DNA of 64,000 nt from Planctomycetaceae bacterium (GTDB lineage: Bacteria; Planctomycetota; Planctomycetia; Pirellulales; Pirellulaceae), in NCBI GenBank assembly GCA_007694185.1, contig RECD01000174.1, positions 2,364 through 66,363 on the forward strand, in the 5' to 3' direction. The notes beneath the pieces were generated by a model. That model had not been told where the DNA came from. It did not search any database and saw only the letters and a list, made by a program, of their open reading frames with translations. Shown one piece after another: positions 9,233-18,697 of this stretch (position 1 is its first letter; the number at the start of each line of letters is the position of its first letter). The position numbers and the translations under genes are program-made.

Positions 9233-10858
9233 TCACCCCACCGGGGGCGTCGGTGGCCTCATTCCGGGAGTGCGCGGCTCTGCTCTTGCCGCCTGCGGCG
9301 CGCCGACGGCTTCGCCGGTTGCCATCCCGCCAGCCGGTGCCCCCGCAACGGGCGGTCCTGCAACGGGCGGTCCTGCAACGGGTGGTCCTGCAACGGGTAG
9401 CCCAATCGCGCCCGGACCGGTATCCGAATGCCTCGTCGGCCCAATCACCGGAGGTGGCTCAGGGAGCACCCACGGGCCGCTCGTTTCGCCCCGCACCCGG
9501 CGGAAATATTCGCTGATCCGTTGCCTCGCGACCTCCTGACCGCCACTCCGCTTGATCAACAAGCCGACGGCGTGGATGTGGTCCGCGAAATCGCCTTGAG
9601 ATCGATCGGCCAACCGCCGCGGGCGACCGAAAATCGGCAGCAGGATCAGGCAGGCGACCAGGCCGATCCAAGCGAGATGAATGGTGACCAGGCTGAGCGG
9701 CCAGACGGTCAGCCATTCCATTCCCGATGAGGTCGGGTTCGTCCCGCCCGGCGGGCGGATCGCAACCCCGGAATCGCCCGTCAGCAAAAAGCCGATGGAG
9801 CCGGAGGATTTCCCCAGCGGCTCAGCCAGCTCGTGGGCGAGTTGCCGAACCAACCGCCGCCCCTGAGGTGCCGGGTGTCGGGCGATCGCGTAATTATTGA
9901 TCAACGACCCGCCCGCCACGACGACCAATCGAGACGGCCCCAAGTCACCACCCCAAGCTTCCTCATCCGAATCCCACTCCTCGTCGTCCAGCGGATCGAA
10001 AACGGTGGCGCTGTCGAACACGTCTAAGTCACCCGTCGCGGGCGATTCATCGCCCCCGAAGGTAGACGCCGTTTCGATCCGTACGGCCAAAGGGGTGCCG
10101 TCCGCAGCGGTCGCCACCGGCACCCAGCTCAACCGGGCGGGATCGACGTGACCGGCGGCGAACTCGTCGTCGATCAACTCGAGCCATTTGGCGGTCGCCC
10201 GGCGGGTGCGGTCCGCTCGCCCCAAGCCCGATGCGAGATCCCGCAGGCTCACGACGCCGGCGTCTCGAGGCCGCGGAGAGAGTTCCCAACTGGGGATCAA
10301 TCCGGGACGTCGCCGTGCCGAGAACCAGACCCCGTCGAGGTGCAACGGTTCGGTCCGCGTCCCCCAAGTTCGATCGGTCATCTCCGCCGTCAATCGCTCC
10401 GCCGCGCGGCGACGGTACTCGATCCGCTGCCCCGGCGTGCCCGCATGCTTGAGCGAATCCCAGTATTCTCCTTCGCTCCCCGGATCCGGTAGCACAACGA
10501 TGAGGGTGCGGGGACGCCTCCGCAACCAATCGGCAAACCACGCCATCGCCTGTGGGTCGAGCGACTGGGCGACCGTGGGTGTCCAGATGATCGCATCCAG
10601 CCGCGACAATCGATCGCCGAGTTGCCGGATGTCCGTCGTCTTCCAACCGGCCGCTTCCAAACTCTGCCGGAAGGCGCCCAATCCGTTGACGCTCCGCATC
10701 CCCGTCCGGCCGTCGCTCCGGCCATATTCGGTCGACAGGTTCGAGCCACAGCCCACGGAGAAAACGCAGACGGCGACCGACAGGATAAGCCCGCCGAGCC
10801 AAGCTTTCGCCACGCCGGTAGCCGGCTTCCCGCGGTCGAGGTGAAGGTCGTCGGTCAC
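9233..10858 (-). CDS. DUF4350-like membrane-anchored protein of the MoxR module
   Basis: The track ORF 9233..11245 overlaps the upstream gene by 390 nt. An in-frame GTG at 10858-10856 overlaps that gene's TGA (10857-10855) as GTGA and is followed by a TM helix (AWLGGLILSVAVCVFSV). The region SVNGLGAFRQSLEAAGWKTTDI...LDAIIWTP...TLIVVLPD resembles DUF4350. A second TM lies near the C-terminus, followed by a PVAGP repeat tail. Confidence 0.55.
   Translation of the reverse strand: MTDDLHLDRGKPATGVAKAWLGGLILSVAVCVFSVGCGSNLSTEYGRSDGRTGMRSVNGLGAFRQSLEAAGWKTTDIRQLGDRLSRLDAIIWTPTVAQSLDPQAMAWFADWLRRRPRTLIVVLPDPGSEGEYWDSLKHAGTPGQRIEYRRRAAERLTAEMTDRTWGTRTEPLHLDGVWFSARRRPGLIPSWELSPRPRDAGVVSLRDLASGLGRADRTRRATAKWLELIDDEFAAGHVDPARLSWVPVATAADGTPLAVRIETASTFGGDESPATGDLDVFDSATVFDPLDDEEWDSDEEAWGGDLGPSRLVVVAGGSLINNYAIARHPAPQGRRLVRQLAHELAEPLGKSSGSIGFLLTGDSGVAIRPPGGTNPTSSGMEWLTVWPLSLVTIHLAWIGLVACLILLPIFGRPRRLADRSQGDFADHIHAVGLLIKRSGGQEVARQRISEYFRRVRGETSGPWVLPEPPPVIGPTRHSDTGPGAIGLPVAGPPVAGPPVAGPPVAGAPAGGMATGEAVGAPQAARAEPRTPGMRPPTPPVG
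9345..9404. repeat. 4 x 15-bp tandem repeat (gcaacgggcggtcct), coding for (PVAGP)n at the 3' end of the DUF4350-like gene
   Basis: Units at 9345, 9360, 9375 and 9390. The first two are identical and the later two carry point differences. Protein reads GLPVAGPPVAGPPVAGPPVAGAP. Confidence 0.8.
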
Positions 10859-12792
10859 GCGGCTTCCTCCTGCGTCTGTCGGGTCAATGCCTCCAACGCC
10901 AGGTTGGCTTGCCACAATTCGCCGAACCGCTTTGGAGTCGGCGGACGGCGACCGAAGTAAGAGGCTTCGAAGGCTTCCACCGTCCCGGTCAGGATATCGC
11001 GACCGGCCGGGGAGTGCCCCGCGGATTCCTGCAAGTACCGCCGGTTCGTCTTGCCACGCGCGAGCCGCAGCCAGCCACGCCGATCGAGCAGGAGCAACTG
11101 ATGGCCGAATAAAGCCAAAATCGCCTGATCCCATCGCCCCTCCTTCATCGCCCGTTCGACCGCCCCTCGCAGGTCGAGGGTCTGAAGCCGCAATTCTGCC
11201 GGCAACTGTTCCATCCGGCCGGATGTCTGGTCGTCCGCGGCCCAATCTTCCTGATCACTTCCCCGAACTCCTCGGCCTGCGACGCCCCCCGGTTCGATCC
11301 GGTTGAACAGGAACAGCAGTAGCGCCCCCACGCCGAAGCTGGCAACGATCAGCAGCACCCAACCCAACACCCGAAACCAAGGCGAAAACGACCAGTCCCC
11401 GAACCCCCAATTCGGTAGGCTGAAGTTCCAATCCGCAGGCTGATCGTCCCAGCCGCTCGCCCGGTTCGCCGCATCGGCGTCTCGCCGGCGGAGTTCGATC
11501 GGGATCAGTTCGCCCGATTCGCGGTCGTACCACTCGCTCGACGACGGCAGCACCAACGGAAAATTTTTGTCCGCCTCGAATTCCCTCACCACGCTCGCCC
11601 CGTCGCCGCTCATCTCGTCGGTGGCGGCTACATCGAAAACGGTCAACGCCACAGGCCCCGGCGCCGCACTCCGTCCCGAAACCTGCGCGATAACCTGACC
11701 CGGCAGGCTGCCCGCGACGGCGACTAACATCGCGACGAGAACGACAGATGCGATCCCACTTTGGCCAGCCGCCGCTGCGACCGGGATGCCGCCGCCAGAG
11801 CCCAGCGACGGGGTCTTGCCCGGCGTGACCGGCGACCGCGGGTGGGCAGCGGTTCGTGCTTCCGGCCCGCCGGCCAATCGATCCGCCTCGGCACGGACCG
11901 CCAGGTCGACTTCCCACCCCTCGAGACGAATTCGCGAGTCGAGGTAACCGAGGAACCGCACCAAAACACTCAAGCTGGCGACCAACCACAACGCCAACGG
12001 GTAGATCACCAGGTTCATCGTCAGGCTCGTTTTCCATTCGCCGAACAAGACACCTTGGGCCCAACCGAGCGACAATTCCAACCCGACGGCCAACACCAGA
12101 AGAACTACCGAGACGACCAGAAAGCGTGCGGTCAGCTCTCCGGCGAGCGGGTCATGGAGCGCCCGGTTGCGGCGTCGCACGGTGATCACGCCCGGCCGCT
12201 TCGAAAAGTAGGGACAGCGTTCCAGCAACAGGATCTCCGGTAGGAACGGCCGGCGGCCGCGGAGAAAACCGGTCCAAACCAGCAGGCCCAGCGGCAGGAT
12301 CAGTTCGCGAAACGAATCGAACGGTTGTCCCCAGCCGATTCCCAGCGCGACCATCAGCGGCAGCGGGCCGCGAACCACCCCCAACGACCACAGCATGACC
12401 CAGAACCGCTTCCGCCAATCCGCCACCGCTGATCGCCAACTGACTTGAGGCTCGAACACCGCGCGGGCGATCCAAATCGTCGTCAACGAACCGGCGATCG
12501 GGGCCTGCAGGATGACGAGCGTGATCAGCAGGAAGTGATAGCGTGCCAACTGCCAAGCCGTGTCGTCGTCCTCCAACCCGCCCCACCACTCCGACCAGAC
12601 CATCCAGCCGATCAGGGCCGTGTTTGCCAACGCCCACGGCAGAGCACCCAACAGCCCACCGAGCAGCGTCGCCGCCGGAAACCGATGGATCACACGGAGC
12701 GCCAGATCGCCGATCTCCGATAACGATCGAGCGCGAATCACGATCTGGGTTTGATCAAGTTGCACCGCGGTACTCCCCGACGGGTTCCTCAT
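10855..12792 (-). CDS. polytopic membrane protein with a C-terminal DUF4129-like domain (apparent fusion of two MoxR-module proteins)
   Basis: 645 aa with an ATG at 12792. The N-terminal ~310 aa has several TM helices and ends in RLEGWEVDLAVRAEADRL. Then comes a Pro/Gly linker, a new TM (IASVVLVAMLVAVAGSL), another TM (VLGWVLLIVASFGVGALLLFLF) and a DUF4129-like end (RRYLQESAGHSPAGRDILTGTVEAFEASYFGRRPPT). Confidence 0.6.
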   Translation of the reverse strand: MRNPSGSTAVQLDQTQIVIRARSLSEIGDLALRVIHRFPAATLLGGLLGALPWALANTALIGWMVWSEWWGGLEDDDTAWQLARYHFLLITLVILQAPIAGSLTTIWIARAVFEPQVSWRSAVADWRKRFWVMLWSLGVVRGPLPLMVALGIGWGQPFDSFRELILPLGLLVWTGFLRGRRPFLPEILLLERCPYFSKRPGVITVRRRNRALHDPLAGELTARFLVVSVVLLVLAVGLELSLGWAQGVLFGEWKTSLTMNLVIYPLALWLVASLSVLVRFLGYLDSRIRLEGWEVDLAVRAEADRLAGGPEARTAAHPRSPVTPGKTPSLGSGGGIPVAAAAGQSGIASVVLVAMLVAVAGSLPGQVIAQVSGRSAAPGPVALTVFDVAATDEMSGDGASVVREFEADKNFPLVLPSSSEWYDRESGELIPIELRRRDADAANRASGWDDQPADWNFSLPNWGFGDWSFSPWFRVLGWVLLIVASFGVGALLLFLFNRIEPGGVAGRGVRGSDQEDWAADDQTSGRMEQLPAELRLQTLDLRGAVERAMKEGRWDQAILALFGHQLLLLDRRGWLRLARGKTNRRYLQESAGHSPAGRDILTGTVEAFEASYFGRRPPTPKRFGELWQANLALEALTRQTQEEAA

Positions 12793-13813
12793 CGGCCAAC
12801 GGATCGATCAACTCCCGATCGGCTTCGATCGCCGGCCGAACCACAAAATCTCGCGGGAAACCGAGCACGACGAAGTAGAAACTGATCAACCCCGCGCTGA
12901 GGATCGCCCACAAGGCCTTGATGACGTAGGGCAGGGAACTGGGGGAAACGAAACCCTCGGTCAACGCCGCCAAGAAAAAGAGCATCGCGGAGGCGACCAT
13001 GATCGGGACCGCCAAGCGGGCGGAGCGATAGAGTGAATCGATCCGCGACAGGCCGCCGGTCGAAAACAGCCCCATGCCGAGCCGCAGGCCGGCGCCGCCC
13101 GCCAACGCGATCGCCGTCAATTCGAACGGCCCGTGCGCGGTGACGAAATGCAAAAAATTGTCGTTGCCCGTCGTTTCCAGACGTGACATGTAGCCGAAGG
13201 CCGTGCCGAGCTGAATCGCGTTGAACGCCAGCGTGATCAGGCAGGGGATCAACAGCACCCCGAAGGCGAAACACTGCAACCCGATCCCGGTGTTGTGCTT
13301 GATGTAAAACCCAGCCATCGTGACGTAATGGTCGAGCGAACCGTGGATCGGCTCCTCATACATCTTTTCAAGGCTTTCCATCTGGTCCTCCCCCAAAACC
13401 ATCTCGGCGAACCCTGGAAAACCGGCCTGCTGATAACCCAACGCGATCGCGAGCGCGAATAGGCCGAAAAACAGCAGCGTCGCGACCCGCACGCAGGGGT
13501 CGGCGAAGATCCGCTGTGGGGCGGTCCGAAAGACCATGTCGACCCAGGAAACGGGGTCGAGCCGGTCGGATCGGTAGAGATTGTTGTGGGCCCGAGCGAC
13601 CAGCCGATGCAGGTAGGCCACCGTCGCCGGAGGCAGGTGGTAGGAATCGGCCATCGCCAGATCGGCGCAAGCGGCACGGTAAAGGCTGGCAAACCTCAGG
13701 ACGCTCGCCCCGTCACCGCGAGCCGCCCGGCCGCGGACTTCCAGCCGATCGCAGAGCTCTTCCAATTCCCGCCATTGCTCTTGGCGGGATTCCAGCAGCG
13801 ACGCGATGATCAA
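12755..13813 (-). CDS. SpoIIM-like (DUF95) integral membrane protein
   Basis: 352 aa. Soluble N-terminal part, then the TM core FYIKHNTGIGLQCFAFGVLL...HGPFELTAIALAGGAGLRLG, characteristic of the stage II sporulation protein M/DUF95 family. The TTG start at 13813 overlaps the RDD stop (TTGA). Confidence 0.65.
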   Translation of the reverse strand: MIIASLLESRQEQWRELEELCDRLEVRGRAARGDGASVLRFASLYRAACADLAMADSYHLPPATVAYLHRLVARAHNNLYRSDRLDPVSWVDMVFRTAPQRIFADPCVRVATLLFFGLFALAIALGYQQAGFPGFAEMVLGEDQMESLEKMYEEPIHGSLDHYVTMAGFYIKHNTGIGLQCFAFGVLLIPCLITLAFNAIQLGTAFGYMSRLETTGNDNFLHFVTAHGPFELTAIALAGGAGLRLGMGLFSTGGLSRIDSLYRSARLAVPIMVASAMLFFLAALTEGFVSPSSLPYVIKALWAILSAGLISFYFVVLGFPRDFVVRPAIEADRELIDPLADEEPVGEYRGAT

Positions 13814-14859
13814 GGCCGTTCCTCCGTTTCGATCGAACCCGTCTGGATGACGGCCGCTTCACCAGGCCGCTGATCGCTGCCCGCCACTTCCGCATTCGGC
13901 GCCACGCCGGCCGCCGGGTCGGATTCGAGACCGCTCGCTTCCGGCCCGCTAGCCAATCGCGCGACGGGGATTTCCTGAGCAACGTTCACGTCCCGCAACA
14001 ACGGGCTCGGACCGGCCGGCGGCTCACCCCCGGCGGCTTGCTGACGCGGATCGACCAGAAAGGTGGCGTGATAAAGCGCCATCATCAACAGGTCGGGGTC
14101 GACATCGCTGCGGAACCCGATCCGCTCGCTGATCGGTTCGGCCAACACCCGCGCGACCTCCCTGCGGCGTGGTGGCGTCAGGTAGGCGCGCCGCTCGACG
14201 TAGGTGGCCAACGTCCGGGCCATCGTTCGCGAGGCGCGAAAGTCGGCCGGCAGAAAGGAAGCCAGCGCGGCCGCCCGCGGGTCGTCGACCTGCGTGACCG
14301 GCAATCGCCACGACCGCTCGTCGACCACGACCATCGTCCCGGCCGCCAAATCACCTAACCGCTGCATCCGCCGGGTGGAGACCATGCAGACGAGCCCGAC
14401 GATGCCCGTCGGGATGACGTAAACGGCCGGTAAGTCGCTGTCGAATTGGCTGAGCGCCGCCAAGGGAGCCAGATCGGCGATCCGCAGCAGGTTGCGGATC
14501 ACCGCGCCGGTGCCGTCCACCGGCCGGCCGTCGATGCCGATCACCCGCAGGCCGAACATCCATTTGCCGACCGTCCGACCGTTGAAGTAGGTTTCCAGAA
14601 CCGTCCCGTAAAACCAACTGATCAGGAAATACGCGACCAGCATCCCGGCGAGGAAGAACGACCCGGGAATCCAGATGCTCGTCGCCAAACCCAGCAGGCC
14701 CAAGACCATGCCGACCGCGAGAATCAGGCCAAGGCGAACGAGGATGTCGATGAGGTAGGCGGGCAGCCGCCGAAACGGACCGGCCAATTCATAATCGAAC
14801 GCGATGTTCTCTGGCGTGATTACCGAGATCGTCGTGTCCAAAGGGGTGGCGGTGCTCAT
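13810..14859 (-). CDS. RDD-family membrane protein
   Basis: 349 aa. RRLPAYLIDILVRLGLILAVG..., GRTVGKWMFGLRVIGIDGRPV and NLLRIADLAP fit the RDD domain. A long soluble C-terminal extension follows. Confidence 0.7.
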   Translation of the reverse strand: MSTATPLDTTISVITPENIAFDYELAGPFRRLPAYLIDILVRLGLILAVGMVLGLLGLATSIWIPGSFFLAGMLVAYFLISWFYGTVLETYFNGRTVGKWMFGLRVIGIDGRPVDGTGAVIRNLLRIADLAPLAALSQFDSDLPAVYVIPTGIVGLVCMVSTRRMQRLGDLAAGTMVVVDERSWRLPVTQVDDPRAAALASFLPADFRASRTMARTLATYVERRAYLTPPRRREVARVLAEPISERIGFRSDVDPDLLMMALYHATFLVDPRQQAAGGEPPAGPSPLLRDVNVAQEIPVARLASGPEASGLESDPAAGVAPNAEVAGSDQRPGEAAVIQTGSIETEERP

Positions 14860-14994
14860 GGTCAGGACACGACGGTCGCGATGGCCAACAGGATCGACTT
14901 CATTCGCTCCCCGGACCGGACGAATTCCGGCGTCAAGGCAGCCCTTGGAGTATCGTCTGCCGCCCCCCGCAGCGGCAACCCTCTCGACACGCGA

Positions 14995-15816
14995 TCAGTC
15001 CTGCCGGCGAATCCCCGTCGCGTCGACCGTCAGCCACGCGGCAACCTCCGGCCGGCCGTATTCCGCACCCGCCGTCGTCACGTTCAGCCGGTCGCCCAGC
15101 CGCGCCAACCCGCCGTTGTGCGTGTGACCACAGAGCACCTCCAGCCGCCCTGCGGGATGGGCCTCGATCGCTTCTCGCAAGACTTCGCCGACCTGACCGC
15201 AGACGAAAAATGGGGCCCACCAATCATCGGTCGTCCGCCCGAGGTACCAACAGGCTTCACGGAAAGGCGGGACGTGGGTGACAACCAAAACCGACGCATG
15301 GGTGGCCATTGCCGAAACCAATTTGCCTCGCAATCGTGCCGCCGATTGGCGGCCCTGTTCGATCAACATCGGCTTCCACGAGCCGATCGGAGCCAACCGA
15401 AAATCGTCGATCCAGCGGAAATCGTTCAGCCGTACCGGCGAGCCTTCGAAGTCGCCGATCGTCGCATCTCCCCAACCGTCCTCGCCGACCAACGCCACCG
15501 AGTCGTTCAAACAGATCGGTCCCGAATCGGTCAGGTAGTTCAAGAGCGGGTGACGCCGACATCCGGCCACGACGGCCGCACGCTTCGCATCGATGCTGCC
15601 ATGATAAAAGTCGTGATTGCCGAGCACGAAGTGGATCGGGATGGCCAGTTCGTCCGCCAACAGTCGCAGTTGAAACAGCACGTCTTCCCCCTCCGAGATG
15701 TCTCCCGAGATCAGCAGCGCGTCGGGGGCCCCGTCCTGAATCTCGCCCATCAGCGTTTCCCACGCGTCGAGCGGGCAGTGGTTGAAGTGGGGATCGGTGA
15801 GCCACGCCAGCCTCAT
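14995..15816 (-). CDS. calcineurin-like metallophosphoesterase
   Basis: Motifs in canonical order: WLTDPHFNH (DxH), ISGDISEGED (GD), LGNHDFY (GNHD/E), VVTHVPP, CGHTHNG (GHxH). The ATG at 15816-15814 overlaps the helicase TGA (15815-15813) as ATGA. The track start at 15843 would overlap by 31 nt. Confidence 0.8.
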   Translation of the reverse strand: MRLAWLTDPHFNHCPLDAWETLMGEIQDGAPDALLISGDISEGEDVLFQLRLLADELAIPIHFVLGNHDFYHGSIDAKRAAVVAGCRRHPLLNYLTDSGPICLNDSVALVGEDGWGDATIGDFEGSPVRLNDFRWIDDFRLAPIGSWKPMLIEQGRQSAARLRGKLVSAMATHASVLVVTHVPPFREACWYLGRTTDDWWAPFFVCGQVGEVLREAIEAHPAGRLEVLCGHTHNGGLARLGDRLNVTTAGAEYGRPEVAAWLTVDATGIRRQD

Positions 15817-18512
15817 TTCGGCGACTCCGTTTCGGCTTGGCATGAAGCTCCTGGGTCTGACCAGCCCGCGTCACCCACCTCTTCCCAAACCCGGCCGCCG
15901 ACGGTCGGGTCGAGGTCATCGCGTGCGCCACACCCCAGCGCATGATAGATCAATGCCGACGCCGATTTGTTCTTAAAGTCCGGCTTGTCCGCCGGCTGAA
16001 CGATCAGGTGCAGCGCCTGGCGGGCGCGGGTCAGGGCGACGTACAGCAGGCACAACGATTCGGTCATCAGCCCCGCGGCGTGGCCGCCGAAGGCACGCTG
16101 CCAAACCGTCGGCAAAAAGTGCCAGTGGTCGGCGCCGGCGTACCGCAGCATCGCGTCCGGGGCCGACCCGGCGTCCGCTTTCTTAGCGATCGTTTGCCGT
16201 GCCTGACGGGTAAGAACCCCTTCGAGTTCCGGCAACACGACGCAATCGAACTCGAGCCCCTTCGCTTGATGCACCGTCATCACGCGGACCTGGGCCGGCC
16301 GCGGTTTCTCGATCCGCTCGACCCGCACCCGCTCGACGAAATCACGCAGTCGTGGCTGACGATTCAACTCGTGCCGCTCGGCAAGCGCGACGAGCTGCCG
16401 CAACCGCGCGCGGTCCTGTTCGTCACAAACCGTGACCAACCGATCGGCGATCTCGATGACGGCGCCGGCGATCCCCAGATTTTCGACCAGCCTACGGACC
16501 CGCCCCGCCGCGGCGTGCGTTTCGTCCTGCGGCCCGGTCTGCAACCAACCCGCCAGCGGCGAGTGGGCGACATGGAACCACCACCGGCGGTCGGCCGGGT
16601 GCTCGGCCATCATCAATGCCGACAAGACCAACTCGACAGCCGCCGAATCGGTCAACGGGTTGCCCCCCTCCTGGCTGACGTCGACCCCGCCGCGACGGAG
16701 CAGGTGGATCAAGCCGCCGACCGTCCGGTTGGTCCGGGTCAGCACGCCGATCGACCGCCCCGGCATCGATTCGGCCAGTTCGGCGATCCGTTTCGCGACC
16801 TCGCCGAAATGCCGAGCCGATCGCGTTTCGCTGTCCTCCCGCCGGTCCGCTTCGGACGCGGAAGTGCAGGAGAAGGTGAAATGCCCCGGCAACCTTTGTT
16901 TATGAGCCGAATGCTCCGGAAAGTTGGTCGAAAAGTGCGTGATCGCGGCCGCTTCGTAAGCCGTCCGGTCATGCGGCGCCGCGTCCGGGTCTCCGCCATC
17001 GGCGAACTCGGGGTGACGCAACAGGTTTTTGAAGATCCGGTTGACGACGTCGATCACGACGGGGCTGCTGCGAAAACTCTCGTCTTGATTCCGCTGCTGA
17101 ACCCCCGGGATCTGCTCCTGGACCGCATCAAAGATCCCGGCGACGCCGCCGCGCCAACCGTAGATCGCCTGCTTCGTGTCACCCACACAAAAGAAACTGC
17201 CGCTCCCTTGCGGGTCGACAGCCGCCAGCGCCAGCGGCTTCAAAACCGCCCACTGTGCGGGTGACGTGTCCTGAAACTCATCCAGCAAGACGTGCTCCAG
17301 CGCGCCGTCCAGCCTCAACCCCGCCCGGCCAGGACTGACCATGGCGAACAGGCCGGCCAAGCGGTGGGCCAGGTCGTCGAAAGCCAACGCCCGCATCGTG
17401 CGTTTCAACGACATCAGGTGCGTTTCGTACGCCGCGATGACTTCGCCGGTCGCCTCCGTCTGGGCTCGCAACAGCCCGAGAAAATGAGTCCGGCAGGCCG
17501 CCGCGATCAAATCGATCGCCAACCTCGCCTCTTCCGGAACCGGCTTGCGGTAATACAGCAGTTCGGCTGCCGGACCCGCGCAGTGAACGTCGGCTACCAA
17601 CTTGTGGACGCTGGCCGCTTCCCACTCACCCGACTCGACCGACTCGGCCAACTTCACCAATTGCCCGTCGGCTGACTTGTGCCCCATCCGGGTCGATCGC
17701 AACCGCTCGGCTGCCTCCGCGAGCCGCTCCGGTTCCGGCCCACTCGGTACGTCCAACTTTTGCCAAGCCTCCGGCGGGCAGGCGCGGGCTTCCGCGTAGC
17801 CGTCGTTGACGACCGCCAACATCTCCCGGCGGACCGAACGTTTCGTATCCCCCTTGCCGAGCATCGCGAGCAAAGCGGTCACGGTGCTCCCCTCCAGACC
17901 GCCCAACATGTCGTCGATCGCCCGCTCGCGAATCCAGGCGTCTTCGACCGGATCCGTCAACCGCCAACCCGGCGGCAAGCCGAGCTCGTAGTCGAACGTT
18001 CGCGCGAATTGCGAGAACAGGCTGTCGAGGGTCAGGATCCTCAGGCGGTGTATGTCGCGAACGAGCGCGTGGACCAGCCGCTCGGCGGTCGGGCGGCTCA
18101 ACGCGTCGCCGCCGACTTGGTCGCGCAGCTCGTTCAATTTCTTGCCGCTGTCGTCGACCGCCGCCTCGGACAACGCCAACAACACCCGGCTGAGTATCTC
18201 GCCAGCCGCCTTGCGGGTGAACGTCGTCGCCAAAATCGACTCGATCGCCGCCCCATCCGCCAGCAAACGCATCAAACGCCCAGTCAATTGATACGTCTTT
18301 CCCGTACCCGCTGAGGCGCGGATCAACAGCGGCTCAGGACGCGAACGGACCGGTTCGCCAGACGCGCCGGGTCGGGAGATGCGAGCTGACAAGGGCGTGG
18401 CGGCAATCAGCCGATTCCGATGGGGCGAACGGGAAAGTACCGCCATTGGAAAAGCGACCCACGCCGCTGTCAACAAACGCGAATGGACATCAAACGCACG
18501 CCGCCAGTGCAT
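15813..18512 (-). CDS. UvrD/RecB/AddA-family superfamily-1 helicase without a recognisable nuclease domain
   Basis: 899 aa with an ATG start. Motif I ASAGTGKTYQL, motif II VLLDEFQDTSPAQW, motif III FCVGDTKQAIYGWRG, motif V/VI MTVHQAKGLEFD and LLYVALTRARQAL. Only ~70 residues follow motif VI. Confidence 0.8.
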   Translation of the reverse strand: MHWRRAFDVHSRLLTAAWVAFPMAVLSRSPHRNRLIAATPLSARISRPGASGEPVRSRPEPLLIRASAGTGKTYQLTGRLMRLLADGAAIESILATTFTRKAAGEILSRVLLALSEAAVDDSGKKLNELRDQVGGDALSRPTAERLVHALVRDIHRLRILTLDSLFSQFARTFDYELGLPPGWRLTDPVEDAWIRERAIDDMLGGLEGSTVTALLAMLGKGDTKRSVRREMLAVVNDGYAEARACPPEAWQKLDVPSGPEPERLAEAAERLRSTRMGHKSADGQLVKLAESVESGEWEAASVHKLVADVHCAGPAAELLYYRKPVPEEARLAIDLIAAACRTHFLGLLRAQTEATGEVIAAYETHLMSLKRTMRALAFDDLAHRLAGLFAMVSPGRAGLRLDGALEHVLLDEFQDTSPAQWAVLKPLALAAVDPQGSGSFFCVGDTKQAIYGWRGGVAGIFDAVQEQIPGVQQRNQDESFRSSPVVIDVVNRIFKNLLRHPEFADGGDPDAAPHDRTAYEAAAITHFSTNFPEHSAHKQRLPGHFTFSCTSASEADRREDSETRSARHFGEVAKRIAELAESMPGRSIGVLTRTNRTVGGLIHLLRRGGVDVSQEGGNPLTDSAAVELVLSALMMAEHPADRRWWFHVAHSPLAGWLQTGPQDETHAAAGRVRRLVENLGIAGAVIEIADRLVTVCDEQDRARLRQLVALAERHELNRQPRLRDFVERVRVERIEKPRPAQVRVMTVHQAKGLEFDCVVLPELEGVLTRQARQTIAKKADAGSAPDAMLRYAGADHWHFLPTVWQRAFGGHAAGLMTESLCLLYVALTRARQALHLIVQPADKPDFKNKSASALIYHALGCGARDDLDPTVGGRVWEEVGDAGWSDPGASCQAETESPK

Positions 18513-18697
18513 TCAATGCACAGAGACGCGATCACTCAGCGGATGCTCGATGCGTCCCGAAAGTCGGCCGGACGTTCTCGAACTCGTGTAACTAGTTGCT
18601 GAAAAACAGCTTACGAACCCGTTTTTGCGTCCGGCCCGGGGATTGCTATCGACTGGTTCGGTTTCCTTTCAACCCCCTTTGCTTCAGGAGCAAACCG

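Noticed and set aside
9300-9420. Possible CRISPR-like or other non-coding repeat arrays. The same question applies at 5599-5724, 44675-44719 and 23290-24195.
   Set aside because: All of these are in-frame coding repeats: PVAGP, NEEL heptads, His-Gly tracts and cadherin modules. They have no unique spacers of CRISPR dimensions, and there are no cas genes.
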